Under the pieces are notes generated by a model that searched no databases, was not told where the DNA came from, and saw nothing but the letters and a program-made list of their open reading frames with translations. DNA of 64,000 nucleotides from an uncultured Candidatus Rokubacteria bacterium (GTDB taxonomy: Bacteria > Methylomirabilota > Methylomirabilia > Rokubacteriales > CSP1-6): contig CAVYTA010000007.1 in the NCBI GenBank assembly GCA_963771355.1, positions 672,001 to 736,000 on the forward strand. Direction: 5' to 3'. How positions within the stretch are numbered: position 1 is the first letter of the stretch; each line of letters opens with the position of its first letter. Both the position numbers and the translations under genes were made by a program. Shown here piece by piece: positions 49,033 to 59,784 of the stretch.

Positions 49033-50057
49033 GCGCGGCCAGCCGCGGTCCGGCGCCGAACCTCGGGCAGCACCTCGCGTCCCAGCCGCTCGATGCCCGC
49101 CAGCACCTCCTTCTGTGGCATGCCGGGCCAGCTCACCCGCATGGTCGCGTGCGTGACCCCGGCGCGATGCTGGCGCAGCAGTGCCTCCACCACCTGCGCG
49201 GGCGAGCCGACGGCGAAGCGGTTCGCGGCCAGGCGACGGAGCTGTGCCTCGGGCGCCGCGCCGGCCTCGAGCGAGATGCCGGGAATGCCCCAGGAGAGAT
49301 AAGCGGCGTACTTTTCCAGAAGATACGGCGCGGCGCGGCGGATGGCCGCGTCCTCGTCCGCCCCGCAGGACACCTCGAGAATGCGACAGATATGCGGGCT
49401 CGCGGCCAGGCCCGCCGCCGCCCGCGCGGCGGCAAAGGCCGCCGCCTGCGCCGCGAACTCGTCCACCGTGGGCACGGGCACCACGAGCCACCCGTCGGCG
49501 ATGCGGGCCGCGCGCGCGATGCCCGCGGCCACCTGGGAGCCGACCAGGATGGGCGGGCGGGGCTGCTGGAGGGGCCGCGGGCGGATGCCGATCCCCTCGA
49601 GCTGCCAGTGGCGCCCCTTGTGCGTCACCGTCTCCTCGGTCCACAGCCGCCGGATGATCTCGATCCCCTCGGTGAGCCGGCTCACGCGCTCCGACATCGG
49701 CACCCCGAAGGCGGCGAACTCCTCGGCGCGATAGCCGAGCCCCACGCCCAGCAGGAATCGCCCGCCGGTGATCACGTCCAGGAAGGCCCCGATCTCGGCG
49801 AGCTCCACCGGGTTGTGCAGCGGCAGCAGCACCAGGTTGGTCCCCATCGCCATGCCTTCGGTCTCGGCGGCGAGACGCTGGAGCAGCGGCAGGAGGGGGA
49901 AGTAGTGGAAGCCGGGGGTGACGTGGTGCTCGCCGCCCCAGAGGGAGTCGAACCCGAGGGCGCGGATCAGACGCGCTTGCTCGAGCGTCTCCGAGAAGCG
50001 GCGGGCGGGGTCGTCGCCGGCTGGATGCTGCGCGTTCACATAGATGCCCAGCTTCAT
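49029..50057 (-). CDS. LLM-class flavin-dependent oxidoreductase
   Basis: GFDSLWGGEHH, LPLHNPVELAE and GRFLLGVGLGYR motifs. Confidence 0.9.
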   Translation of the reverse strand: MKLGIYVNAQHPAGDDPARRFSETLEQARLIRALGFDSLWGGEHHVTPGFHYFPLLPLLQRLAAETEGMAMGTNLVLLPLHNPVELAEIGAFLDVITGGRFLLGVGLGYRAEEFAAFGVPMSERVSRLTEGIEIIRRLWTEETVTHKGRHWQLEGIGIRPRPLQQPRPPILVGSQVAAGIARAARIADGWLVVPVPTVDEFAAQAAAFAAARAAAGLAASPHICRILEVSCGADEDAAIRRAAPYLLEKYAAYLSWGIPGISLEAGAAPEAQLRRLAANRFAVGSPAQVVEALLRQHRAGVTHATMRVSWPGMPQKEVLAGIERLGREVLPEVRRRTAAGRA

Positions 50058-50148
50058 GGGGTGGCGTCCCTCCGGGCGCGATCCTGCGCCGGGGGCGCCG
50101 GTCGCGTCAAGCACCGACCCGTGCTCTGCTACACTCGCGCCCACGGCC

Positions 50149-51348
50149 ATGCGGCATCCTGACGTGATCGTGGTCGGCGGCGGCATCGCGGGCGCGGCGA
50201 CGGCGTATGAGCTGGCGCGGCACGGCCATCGCGTCACCCTCGTCGAGCGGGGGGAACTCGCCGGCGAGGCGTCAGGCGTCAATGCCGGCTCCATCGACGC
50301 CACCGGCTGGGGGAAGGCCCCGGACCTCCAGGTGCACCTGACCACCGGGAGCCTCGAGCTCTTCCAGGCGCTCCAGCAGGACGAGGGGCACGATATCGAG
50401 CTCCGGTCGTCGGGCTATCTCCAGGCCATACACACCGAGGCCCAGCTCGCCTGGGCGCGCGAGCGCGTGCGCGATCTGACCGGCAAGGGCCATGCGGCCG
50501 AGCTGCTCGACGCGGGCGCGGCCCGGAAGCTCGAGCCGGACCTGAATCCGGACCTGCCGGGCTACGTGCACTATCCGGAGCGGGCGCAGGCGGATCCGGT
50601 GAAGGCCACGCGGGCATTCGCCGAGGCCGCGACACGCCGGAGCGCCCGCGTGCTCACGGGGCGCGAGGTGCGGGCCCTTCACCGCGACGGCCAGGGCTGG
50701 CGCGTGGACGTGGGCGAGGAGACGCTGGCCGCCGCCGCCCTGGTCCTCGCCGCCGGACCCTGGTGCGCCGCGCTGGGCGCCGCGATCGGGCTCGACATCC
50801 CCATCGTGCCGGTGCGCGGGCAGATGTGGGCGACGGCGCCGCTCCCGGCCCGCGTGGGCCACGTCATCGGCTCGTCGGAGTCCGGCATGCACTGGCAGGG
50901 CGCGCCGGGCGGAGACGGCGCCACACCCCCGTTCCTCACGCACCGGGGAGGGACGCGGGTGACCCGGCATCTCTACGGGCGACAGACGCGCGAGGGCACG
51001 ATCATCTTCGGCGGTGATCGCGAGCTCGTCGGCTTCGACAAGACGCCGGACCCAGACGGGATCGCGGTCAATCGCGGCCATGCCGCCGAGGTGCTGCCCT
51101 TTCTCCACGACGTCCCCGTCGCGCGGACCTGGGCCGGGCTCATGCCCTTTCCCCTCGACGGCAAACCCTTGATCGGCCGCCTGCCCGGCCACGCGGGGCT
51201 CTACATCGTGGGCGGCCTCGCCTCCTCCGGGTTCGGGCGCGGGCCGATGGCGGGCAAGCTGGTGGCCGATCTCATCCACACCGGCGCTCCGCATCCCGTG
51301 CTCGCGGAGGCCGACCCGGCTCGCTGCGTGCGGCCGCGCCGCCGCTGA
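50149..51348 (+). CDS. FAD-dependent oxidoreductase (DAO/glycine oxidase family)
   Basis: DVIVVGGGIAG, ASGVNAG, PVRGQ and WAGLMP motifs. Confidence 0.9.
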   Translation: MRHPDVIVVGGGIAGAATAYELARHGHRVTLVERGELAGEASGVNAGSIDATGWGKAPDLQVHLTTGSLELFQALQQDEGHDIELRSSGYLQAIHTEAQLAWARERVRDLTGKGHAAELLDAGAARKLEPDLNPDLPGYVHYPERAQADPVKATRAFAEAATRRSARVLTGREVRALHRDGQGWRVDVGEETLAAAALVLAAGPWCAALGAAIGLDIPIVPVRGQMWATAPLPARVGHVIGSSESGMHWQGAPGGDGATPPFLTHRGGTRVTRHLYGRQTREGTIIFGGDRELVGFDKTPDPDGIAVNRGHAAEVLPFLHDVPVARTWAGLMPFPLDGKPLIGRLPGHAGLYIVGGLASSGFGRGPMAGKLVADLIHTGAPHPVLAEADPARCVRPRRR

Positions 51349-51354
51349 GCGGGG

Positions 51355-53034
51355 CTACCGGCCCCGGCGCGCCTCGACCTGCCGCCGGAGCGCGTCGGCC
51401 AGCGGCTTCTTCTCGGGCCCGGCGCTCCGGAAGTAATAGCGGTGGAGCACGTCGTAGATGCGCCGCGCCTCGTCGGGCGACGCCGTCTCGATATGCCGCC
51501 GGGCCTCGCGGAGCGTGCCCTCGATGGGCACGAAGCGCACGTCGGGGTGCCCCCGCAGCGGATCCATGATGGCGTCCACGTAGGTCCAGATGCGTGCCTT
51601 GAGGATGCCGCCGAAGACGATCTCGTCCACGCGCGGCTCCGCCCGGGGATCGGCGGGCTCCTGGGCGAAGATGAAGTGAATGTCGTGTGCCGTCATCCAC
51701 CCCGGGTCGGCGACCTTCTCGTGCCCGACATGGCCCCGGGCCTCGAGCGGCGCCTTGGCCAGCGAGTACTGGGTGAGCCCGGTCATCTCCGCCAGGTAGG
51801 GCAGGCCGCTGTAGTAGCCGAACATGCACATGCCGCCCTCGAACATCGCCCGCACCGGCGCGCGGGCGAGCACGCGGGCGGCCACCTGAGCCTGCGCGCG
51901 CCGCAGCTCGACGTAGGACGGCGTGTAGTACGCGGGCTCGTCCGCGATGCCCCGGAGCCGCTCGGTGGGCGTGAGATAGATCGGATAGGGCAGCGCGAGG
52001 CCTACCGCGACGAGGGCGGCCACGGCCGCCCGCATGGGCCAGCCCGCGAGGGCAACCATAGAGTCCTCGATCACGATGAACAGCAGCGGCAGCGCGGGAA
52101 TCAAGCGACGGGCGAACATGAAGTCGCCGCCGCTGTGAGCGACGTACGCGGTGAAGGCGACGAAGGCGACGAGGAGAACCCCATGCGACCGCGACCGCGG
52201 GATCTCCACGCGCGCGCGGCGCGCCAGCCCCAGGGCCGTCACGACGAGGACGAGGGGTATCAGGAACCAGTGCTTCTTGAAGAAGAGATACACGTAGTAC
52301 ATCCCCTGCGTGTAGAAGGGGTCGAGCGCGGACTTCGAGTAGAAGGCGGTCGGGAAGAGATCCCCGTAGTAGGCGAGCTTGAAGGCGGCCAGGGCCGCGC
52401 CGCCCAGGGCGAGCGGGACGGCGAGGGCGGCGGCGAGGGCCAGCCGCTCCCGCGGGTACATGGCGTCGTTGACGAACCACGCTCCCGCCAGCGCCACCGC
52501 CGCGAAGATGACCCCGTCGGGCCGCGTGGCCACCGCCGCGACGAGGAGCACCCCGGCGAGCATCAGCTGGCGCGGGCGAGCGCCCGGCCGGCTCGCGAGG
52601 AGCAGCCCCGCCGTCACGAGGAGGGTGAAGAGGCTGGTCTCGAGGCCGCCGGTGGCCCAGACCTGGAAGTCCTCGAGGAGCAGGACGAGCGCCGCCGCGA
52701 GCGGGAAGAAGAGGCCGGGTCGGTCGCGCCGCCAGCTCCGCCACCCCAGGATCCCCACCAGCGCCAGCCAGGCGGCGATGCCGAGCACCGGCGCGGAGAC
52801 CTCCGGGGGGACCCCCAGCCGCAGCGCCCCGGCGAGGAGCAGGGTCCAGAGGAGATTGGTATAGCCCTCGACGCGCTCGCCCACGTTGTAGACGAGGCCG
52901 TGGCCGCGCACCAGGTGATCGGCATAGCGGAAGGAGATGAAGCTGTCGTCGGACAGCCAGGCGGCGCCCAGCGCGCGCCGGAGGCCGAGGACGAGGGCTA
53001 TCGCGGCGAGCGCCGCCGAGACGGCGAGCCTCAC
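51355..53034 (-). CDS. Polytopic membrane protein, GT-C glycosyltransferase-like
   Basis: DDSFISFRYA..GERVEGYT, GLET, TRPDG and GGDFM motifs. Confidence 0.7.
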   Translation of the reverse strand: MRLAVSAALAAIALVLGLRRALGAAWLSDDSFISFRYADHLVRGHGLVYNVGERVEGYTNLLWTLLLAGALRLGVPPEVSAPVLGIAAWLALVGILGWRSWRRDRPGLFFPLAAALVLLLEDFQVWATGGLETSLFTLLVTAGLLLASRPGARPRQLMLAGVLLVAAVATRPDGVIFAAVALAGAWFVNDAMYPRERLALAAALAVPLALGGAALAAFKLAYYGDLFPTAFYSKSALDPFYTQGMYYVYLFFKKHWFLIPLVLVVTALGLARRARVEIPRSRSHGVLLVAFVAFTAYVAHSGGDFMFARRLIPALPLLFIVIEDSMVALAGWPMRAAVAALVAVGLALPYPIYLTPTERLRGIADEPAYYTPSYVELRRAQAQVAARVLARAPVRAMFEGGMCMFGYYSGLPYLAEMTGLTQYSLAKAPLEARGHVGHEKVADPGWMTAHDIHFIFAQEPADPRAEPRVDEIVFGGILKARIWTYVDAIMDPLRGHPDVRFVPIEGTLREARRHIETASPDEARRIYDVLHRYYFRSAGPEKKPLADALRRQVEARRGR

Positions 53035-53486
53035 GCGGCGGGGATCGCGAGGAAGAACGTGCTCCCTGAGCCGATGGTGGATTGGGCCCAGGCCCGGCCG
53101 CCGTGGCGCTCGGCCACCTTCCGCACGATGGCCAGGCCTACGCCCGTGCCCGGATACTCCTCGGTGCGATGCAGGCGCTCGAAGATGCCGAAGATGCGAT
53201 CGTGGTGCTTCATGTCGAACCCGATGCCGCCGTCGGCGACGGCGATCACCGCCTCGCCGCCCTCCCGATAGGAGCGGACGGTGATCACACCGCTGCCGGC
53301 CCCCGCGGCGTCGATCCGATAGAGATGGACCTGACGGCCTCGGATGAATCGCATGACCGCCGTCGCGATCCGCTCCGCGGCGGGGACGAGGTCGACGGCG
53401 TCCACCAGCGCGGGCCGGGGCGTCGACTCGGGAGAGGGCCCCATGCCGTCGAGGGTAGTGGAAACCGCGTGCGGACGTGTCAACAA
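53031..53486 (-). pseudogene. Internally deleted sensor kinase: short N-terminal fragment fused to HATPase_c end
   Basis: VADGGIGF, IFERLH and GTGVGLAIVRK motifs; no H-box or N-box. Confidence 0.6.
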
Positions 53487-53513
53487 ACGTGGGGGCGCCG
53501 GCGCCGGAGGTCG

Positions 53514-53933
53514 TCAGTCCACGAAGCGGGCCATGGCCTCCGGAGCGACCGGAATCGCACGCAGACCCTTGGGCGAGGCGGGGTCGGGGACCACCCACGC
53601 GCGGCGCTCGAAGCCTTCCAGCGCGGGGCGGCCGTCGGCGTGGGTGAGGCGGTGCTTGACGAGGAAGGTGCGGCCCGACCACTCCTCGACCCAGCTGCGC
53701 ATCTCGAGCTCGTCGCCCAGCCGACAGGCGTTCACATAGCGGGCGCCCGTCTCGAGCAGCGGCATGCCCGCCACGCCGAAGTCGCGGCGCAGCTCAGGGT
53801 AGGAGAGGTGGTTGGCCTTGAACAGCCGCTCGGTGCCGCCGTCGAACCAGAAGTAAAAGTACGGGTAGAAGACGATGCCGGCGGCGTCGCAGTGCGCCCA
53901 CTCGACGGTGATCCGCGTCACGTACACCTTCAC
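53514..53933 (-). CDS. 4-hydroxybenzoyl-CoA-type thioesterase
   Basis: WAHCDAAGIVFYP hot-dog fold motif. Confidence 0.88.
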   Translation of the reverse strand: MKVYVTRITVEWAHCDAAGIVFYPYFYFWFDGGTERLFKANHLSYPELRRDFGVAGMPLLETGARYVNACRLGDELEMRSWVEEWSGRTFLVKHRLTHADGRPALEGFERRAWVVPDPASPKGLRAIPVAPEAMARFVD

Positions 53934-54007
53934 CGCGCCCTACTATACGCGAGCTCCGCGCGTTTCGGCTTGACCGGCCGCGCGGGCGCCTCTTAGAGTG
54001 GCCGCGA

Positions 54008-55705
54008 ATGGCGCATCACACGCCGCTCATCGCCACCATCGTCATGGGCCTCGGCCTGGCCTTCCTGCTGGGTCTCCTCGCCCAGCGCTTCCGGATCTCC
54101 CCGCTGGTCGGCTATCTCCTCGCGGGGGTGCTGGTGGGCCCCTTCACCCCCGGATTCGTCGCCGATCAGGCGCTGGCCCCGGAGCTCGCGGAGATCGGCG
54201 TCATCCTCTTGATGTTCGGCGTGGGTCTGCACTTCTCGCTCGAGGACCTCCTCTCGGTACGCGCCATGGCGCTGCCCGGCGCCATGGTTCAGATGGCGGT
54301 GGCGACCGCGCTGGGTTTTGTCCTCGCGCGCGGGTTGGGCTGGCCGGCGGCGGCCGGGGTGGTCTTCGGGCTCGCGCTCTCCGTGGCCAGCACCGTGGTG
54401 CTGCTCCGCGCGGTGCAGGAACGGCGGCTCATCGAGACCGAGCGGGGCCGCATCGCGGTGGGCTGGCTCATCGTCGAGGACCTCGCCATGGTCCTGGCGC
54501 TCGTGCTCCTGCCCGCACTGGCGGGAATGCTGGCGCCGGCGGAGCCGGGTGCTCAGACGGGGAGCCTCCTCGTCACCCTGGCGCTCACCCTCGGCAAGGT
54601 GGTGGCCTTCGTGGCGTTCATGCTCATCGTCGGGAAGCGGGTCATCCCCTGGCTGCTCGAGTACGTGGCGGGGACCGGCTCGCGCGAGCTGTTCCGGCTC
54701 GCCGTGCTCGCCATCGCGCTCGGCGTGGCCTTCGGCGCGGCGCGGCTCTTCGGCGTCTCCTTCGCCCTGGGCGCCTTCTTCGCCGGCATGATCCTGAGCG
54801 AGTCCGAGCTGAGCCACCAGGCGGCGGAAGAGTCGCTGCCGCTCCGGGATGCCTTCGCGGTGCTCTTCTTCGTCTCGGTGGGGATGCTCTTCGATCCGTC
54901 GACCCTCCTGCGGGATCCGATTCCGGTGCTCCTCACCGTGCTCATCATCGTGATCGGCAAGTCGGTGGCCGCCTTCGCCATCGTGGCGCTCTTTCGCTAT
55001 CCCGTCGCCACCGCGCTCACCATCTCGGCCAGCCTCGCCCAGATCGGCGAGTTCTCGTTCATCCTGGCGGGGCTGGGCGTGGATCTGGGGCTCCTGCCGG
55101 AGCGCGGCCGGGATCTGGTCCTGGCCGGCGCGATCATCTCCATTCTGGTGAATCCCATGGTGTTCGCGGCGGTGGACCGGCTCGTCCCGCGGCGGGCCGG
55201 CGGCGACGGGGTCTCCGAGCGCGCGGGGGCGCCCGGCTCAGCGGGGGTGGCGGCGGGCGGGGCGGGCTGGCGCGATCACCTCATCCTGGTCGGCTATGGC
55301 GGGGTGGGCCGGTCCGTGGCCCGCGGGCTGCGGGAGCGCGGCGAGACCTTCGTGGTGATCGAGGATGCCGACACGCTGGTGGAGAGCGCCCAGGCCGACG
55401 GGATGCCCCTGGTGGTCGGCCACGCCGCCACGCCGGAGATCCTCGCCGCCGCCGCCGTCACCGTCGCGCGCAAGCTCCTCATCGCCATCCCCAATGTCTT
55501 CGAGTCGGGGCAGATCGTCGAGCAAGCGCGCGCCGCGAGCCCGTCGCTGGTCATCGTCGCGCGCGCGGACTCGGCCGCGGAAGCCGAGCACCTGGCGGGG
55601 CTCGGTGCCGACGTGATCGTGGAGCGACGCGCCGAGATCGCGCGGGGGCTCCTCGCCCACGCGGGCGCCGAGGGCCCGCCGCGGGATGCCGCCGTCCGCC
55701 TTTGA
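54008..55705 (+). CDS. ybaL: CPA2 cation:proton antiporter with TrkA-N domain (YbaL/RosB-like)
   Basis: GPFTPGFVAD, ASTVVLL, LRDAFAVLFFVSVG and LVGYGGVG motifs. Confidence 0.88.
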   Translation: MAHHTPLIATIVMGLGLAFLLGLLAQRFRISPLVGYLLAGVLVGPFTPGFVADQALAPELAEIGVILLMFGVGLHFSLEDLLSVRAMALPGAMVQMAVATALGFVLARGLGWPAAAGVVFGLALSVASTVVLLRAVQERRLIETERGRIAVGWLIVEDLAMVLALVLLPALAGMLAPAEPGAQTGSLLVTLALTLGKVVAFVAFMLIVGKRVIPWLLEYVAGTGSRELFRLAVLAIALGVAFGAARLFGVSFALGAFFAGMILSESELSHQAAEESLPLRDAFAVLFFVSVGMLFDPSTLLRDPIPVLLTVLIIVIGKSVAAFAIVALFRYPVATALTISASLAQIGEFSFILAGLGVDLGLLPERGRDLVLAGAIISILVNPMVFAAVDRLVPRRAGGDGVSERAGAPGSAGVAAGGAGWRDHLILVGYGGVGRSVARGLRERGETFVVIEDADTLVESAQADGMPLVVGHAATPEILAAAAVTVARKLLIAIPNVFESGQIVEQARAASPSLVIVARADSAAEAEHLAGLGADVIVERRAEIARGLLAHAGAEGPPRDAAVRL

Positions 55706-56920
55706 CTAGCCCGCGGCGCGGCCGGTGGCGCCCGCGGGCGCGGTCGCGGCGCGCGCCCGCGCGGAGCTCAACCCGCCGGGTAGTAGCGAGACGAAGACGG
55801 TGGTCAGCGCGGCGAGCCCCGCCAGCGCGAGGAGCAAGGTCGAGAAGCCGGCGGTCTTGACCGTCGGCCCCAGCAGGTACACCGCCAGCGAGCTCACCCC
55901 GAAGGAGACCGCCAGCCGCGTCCCCGTCACCCGCGAGCGCAGGCGGTCGTCCACGTACTGGACGATGAGCGCGTCGATGAAGGGGATGCCGCCGAAGACG
56001 AAGATCATCACGCCCAGCACCAGCGCGTACAGCGGCCAGCCGGTGGCCTGCGCGGCGAGCAGGAAGAGCGGGATCTGCGCCGCCGACACCGGCAGCCAGA
56101 TGCGCTTGAGCGGGAAGCGGTCGAGCAGCTTGCCCACCACGAGCTGGGCGAGCGAGGCCACCGTGTAGACCACCGCCAGCAAGGTGCCGAGCGTGGCGGG
56201 GTCGTCCACCACGCCACGCAGGCGCTCGCCGAGGAGCTGCCCATTGCCGTTGGTGGTGAAGTTGAAGACCAGGCTGCCCGAGATGGCGGCCAGCGTCATC
56301 ACCGCGAAGGCGCGCACCATCACCGCGGGCGGCAGATCGAGCGCCTTCTTCGGCCGCTTCGCGGGTGGCGCCTCCTCGCGCGGGGCGAGCAGCGCGAAGA
56401 GCGCCGAGCAGGCGAGGGCGAACACCGCCGGCACCGCGAAGGCGGCCCGCCAGCCCAGGTGCTTGACGAGGAATCCGGTCAGGATGGCGGCGATGGCGAT
56501 GCCGAGATTGCCCGCCAGCCCGTTCACGCCGATGGTGAAGCCGGGGTTCTTCGCGCTCTGCACCAGCATGGGAATCCCGACCGGATGATAGATGGACGCG
56601 AAGACGCCCATGAGGGTGAGCGCGGCGGCCAGCGGCCACACCCCCGGCGCGAGCGCGATCAGGAGTCCCGACGCGCCCATGCCGGCGAAGAAGATGACCA
56701 TCATCACGCGCCGGCCCCACAGATCGCCCAGCCGGCCCGCGGGCAAGGACCCCAGGCCGAACATCACGAAGGCGCCCACGGTATAGGGCATCAGGTCCTG
56801 CCAGGCCATGCCCCATTCGGCGGCGATGGCGCCGACCGCGGTGGCAAAGATCAGAAGGAACAGGTGATCGATGGCGTGGCCGGCATTGAGCAGCAGCGAG
56901 GTCGCGCTGAGTCGCGGCAT
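55706..56920 (-). CDS. MFS transporter
   Basis: GRLGDLWGRR and SIYHPVG motifs; about 12 TM segments. Confidence 0.88.
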   Translation of the reverse strand: MPRLSATSLLLNAGHAIDHLFLLIFATAVGAIAAEWGMAWQDLMPYTVGAFVMFGLGSLPAGRLGDLWGRRVMMVIFFAGMGASGLLIALAPGVWPLAAALTLMGVFASIYHPVGIPMLVQSAKNPGFTIGVNGLAGNLGIAIAAILTGFLVKHLGWRAAFAVPAVFALACSALFALLAPREEAPPAKRPKKALDLPPAVMVRAFAVMTLAAISGSLVFNFTTNGNGQLLGERLRGVVDDPATLGTLLAVVYTVASLAQLVVGKLLDRFPLKRIWLPVSAAQIPLFLLAAQATGWPLYALVLGVMIFVFGGIPFIDALIVQYVDDRLRSRVTGTRLAVSFGVSSLAVYLLGPTVKTAGFSTLLLALAGLAALTTVFVSLLPGGLSSARARAATAPAGATGRAAG

Positions 56921-56994
56921 CCGGAGGCCTCCCTTGGCTGGCCCCTACTGTACCCTCTTGCCGTGCTGTCTCACTCGCTGTAGAAAGACAAGAA

Positions 56995-57792
56995 ATGCCG
57001 AGATCGGGACAAACCGCCTCGCAACCCAGATCCACCGACCCCGCGGACTATCAGCACGTGGCCCGCCCGGTGGCCGCCATGGCCAAGGACTTCCCCGCCG
57101 GTCAGCACATCCCCCGGCACCTCCACGCGCGGGCCCAGCTCATCTTTGCCGCCGCCGGCGTCATGCTGGTGAGCACCGACGAGGGAAGCTGGGCGGTGCC
57201 CCCGCAGCGCGCGGTCTGGATGCCGGCGGGCACGGCGCACGAGATCCGCATGCCGGGCGCGGTGGCCATGCGCACGCTGTACGTCCGCTCCGACGCGGCC
57301 GCCCGGATGCCCGCGCGCGTCCACGTCATCGCCGTCTCGGCGCTGCTGCGCGAGCTCATCCTGCGTGCGTGCGCGTTGCCCCTGCTCTACGAGGAGCGCG
57401 GGGCGACGGGCCGGCTCATGACCCTCATCCTGGACGAGATCGCGGCGCTCCCCACCCTCGGCCTCGACCTCCCCATGCCACATGATCCGCGCCTGGCCCG
57501 TATCTGCCGGGCACTCGGCGCGGACCCCGGCTCCACGCGCACGCTCGAGGACTGGGGCCGCGAGGCGGGCGGCTCGGGGCGCACGCTGGCGCGGCTCTTC
57601 GTTCGCGAGACCGGGCTCACCTTCGCCGCCTGGCGCCAGCAGGCGCGTCTCCTCGCCGCGCTGGCCCGGCTGGCCGCGGGTGAGCCGGTCACGCGCATCG
57701 CGCTGGATCTCGGCTACGAGTCGCCCTCGGCATTTGCCGCCATGTTCAAGCGTGCGCTCGGCGCCCCGCCGAGCCGCTATCTCGCGAGCTGA
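56995..57792 (+). CDS. AraC-family regulator (cupin plus HTH, NimR-like)
   Basis: HLHARAQL, WAVPPQRAVWMP and LGYESPSAFAAMFKR motifs. Confidence 0.9.
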   Translation: MPRSGQTASQPRSTDPADYQHVARPVAAMAKDFPAGQHIPRHLHARAQLIFAAAGVMLVSTDEGSWAVPPQRAVWMPAGTAHEIRMPGAVAMRTLYVRSDAAARMPARVHVIAVSALLRELILRACALPLLYEERGATGRLMTLILDEIAALPTLGLDLPMPHDPRLARICRALGADPGSTRTLEDWGREAGGSGRTLARLFVRETGLTFAAWRQQARLLAALARLAAGEPVTRIALDLGYESPSAFAAMFKRALGAPPSRYLAS

Positions 57793-57832
57793 TCGCCTGC
57801 TCCTCACCCGCTAGCCGCCGGAGCCCCCTGCC

Positions 57833-58468
57833 ATGTACGTGCCGAAGCACTTCGATCCCGCCGATGCCGCGTGGTGCCATGCCCTCATGGCGCGCGAGAG
57901 CTTCGCGCTGCTCGTCAGCACCGGGGCGGAGGGCTTGCCCTTCGCGACCCACTTGCCGCTCCTCCTGGACGCCGACCGCGGGCCCCATGGCACCATCGTG
58001 GGGCATCTCGCGCGCGCCAATCCGCACGCCCGGCTGCTCGCCGAGGGACGCCCGACGCTGGCCGTGTTCCAGGGCCCTCATGCCTATGTCTCGCCGGGCT
58101 GGTACGCGACGCACCCCAGCGTGCCCACCTGGAACTACGTGGCGGTGCATGCTTCGGGCCGGCCCCGGCTCCTCGAGGAGCCCGCGCGCGTCACCGCGCT
58201 GCTCGCCCGCATGGTGACGACCTACGAGGCCGGGCGCGCCGAGCCCTGGCGCTTCGACTCGCTGACGGAGGACTACGTGACAGCGATGATCCGCGCCATC
58301 GTCGCCTTCGAGCTGCCCATCGAGCGGCTGGAAGGCAAGGCGAAGCTCAGCCAGAATCGTCCGGCCGAGGACCAGGCCGGCGCCATCGGCGGGCTGGAGG
58401 CTTCCGCCGACCCGCTGGCGCGGGCCACCGCGGCCCTCATGGCCGAGCGGTCACGCGCCAAATCCTAG
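57833..58468 (+). CDS. FMN-binding negative transcriptional regulator (PaiB family)
   Basis: MYVPKHF, HLARANP, PTWNY and KLSQN motifs. Confidence 0.9.
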   Translation: MYVPKHFDPADAAWCHALMARESFALLVSTGAEGLPFATHLPLLLDADRGPHGTIVGHLARANPHARLLAEGRPTLAVFQGPHAYVSPGWYATHPSVPTWNYVAVHASGRPRLLEEPARVTALLARMVTTYEAGRAEPWRFDSLTEDYVTAMIRAIVAFELPIERLEGKAKLSQNRPAEDQAGAIGGLEASADPLARATAALMAERSRAKS

Positions 58469-58501
58469 GTCGGGCGCACCAAGCAGGCTCTGCTACGTCG
58501 G

Positions 58502-59095
58502 CTAGCCGGCCTGGCGGGGGCGGACGAGCCGGACGCGCAGGGTCTCCACCTGCTCGGGAAAGGGAACCCCGCCGCGCGCCGTCATCGGAGTCTGCTCGGC
58601 GAGCCCCGTGTGCAACTCGACGAACACCGGCCCCTCGGCGCGGAGCAGCTCGGGGAGCCGACGCTTGAAGTCGTCGAGGGTGTCGATGGACAGCGCCTGC
58701 CGGTAGCCCGCCCCCTTCGCCATCAGCACGAAGTCCACGCTGAACCCGCCGGGAATGCCCTGGGCGCCGGAAGTGTGGTAGACGCCGTTCTTGAAGAGCA
58801 GATGCACGAAGTTCCGCGGCGCGGCGCCGGCATTGGTGGCCAGCGAGCCCAGCTGCATGAGCAGCGATCCGTCGCCGTCGAGCACGATCACGCGGCGGTC
58901 CGGCCGGGCGAGGGCGAGGCCGAGCCCCATCGAGGAGGCGCCCCCCATGAAGCCCACGCAGCCCACGGAGAGATCGTCGGGGGCGATGGTGCGCCACGCC
59001 GGCGAGGTGGTCATGGTCGGCACGCAGATGGCGTCGCCGCGCGCGGCGGCGATCACCTGGAGCACGTCCTCCGGCTTCATGGGCTTGTCGGCCAT
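58502..59095 (-). CDS. ThDP-dependent decarboxylase beta subunit (sulfopyruvate/phosphonopyruvate decarboxylase-like)
   Basis: DGDGSLLM..N ThDP-binding motif. Confidence 0.8.
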   Translation of the reverse strand: MADKPMKPEDVLQVIAAARGDAICVPTMTTSPAWRTIAPDDLSVGCVGFMGGASSMGLGLALARPDRRVIVLDGDGSLLMQLGSLATNAGAAPRNFVHLLFKNGVYHTSGAQGIPGGFSVDFVLMAKGAGYRQALSIDTLDDFKRRLPELLRAEGPVFVELHTGLAEQTPMTARGGVPFPEQVETLRVRLVRPRQAG

Positions 59096-59655
59096 CAGGA
59101 GGTCTCCAGGCCCACCAGCACCACCGCGGGGCCGCGGCGGGACCGGCTCAGCCGGTAATACTCCGGAATGAGATGCACGTCGTTCGGCCCCTCCAGGCGC
59201 GCGTGTGGCACGCCGAAGGTGTCGAGCAACGGCTCGGCGAACCGGACCATCGAGTGGCGCGACTCGCGCGGATCCTTGTCCTTCTCCCGGCTGAGCAGCC
59301 CGACCATGTAGAACATCGGGATCTTGCCGTCCATGGCCACGCCCCGCAGCGTATTAACGGACGCGTAGAGGCCCGCGTGCTGGATCATCAGGACCACCGG
59401 CTCGCCGCCCATGTAGAGCCCCGCGCCGACGGCGGTGGCCTCGTCCTCGGTGGCGCAGGTGACCACGCGGAGGGATTCCTCCTTGTCGAGGGCGGCCAGC
59501 ACCGTTTTCTGGTGGGTGTCCGGGACGCTGAGGATCCAGCCGAGGTGGTCGTGCCGTGAGGGCTCGGCATTGTCCTTGGCCAGCGCCGCGCGGGCCTCGC
59601 GGAAGGTGTCCTTGAGCGTTTCGATGATGAGACTCGCGGGGATGGATTCGGGCAT
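59095..59655 (-). CDS. ThDP-dependent decarboxylase alpha subunit (ComD-like)
   Basis: SVPD, TEDEA..G.Y.GG..MIQHAG; stop overlaps the beta-subunit start. Confidence 0.75.
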   Translation of the reverse strand: MPESIPASLIIETLKDTFREARAALAKDNAEPSRHDHLGWILSVPDTHQKTVLAALDKEESLRVVTCATEDEATAVGAGLYMGGEPVVLMIQHAGLYASVNTLRGVAMDGKIPMFYMVGLLSREKDKDPRESRHSMVRFAEPLLDTFGVPHARLEGPNDVHLIPEYYRLSRSRRGPAVVLVGLETS

Positions 59656-59784
59656 GGGGCCTCCTGAGCGCCTCATATTACCCCAAGCCGGCTTGGCCCT
59701 TTCAAGCGGCGCACCTCTCTGCTAGACTTGACGTGTCGGACGCGGGAAGACGATCAAGAAAGTCAGATAGTTATCGGGGGCGAC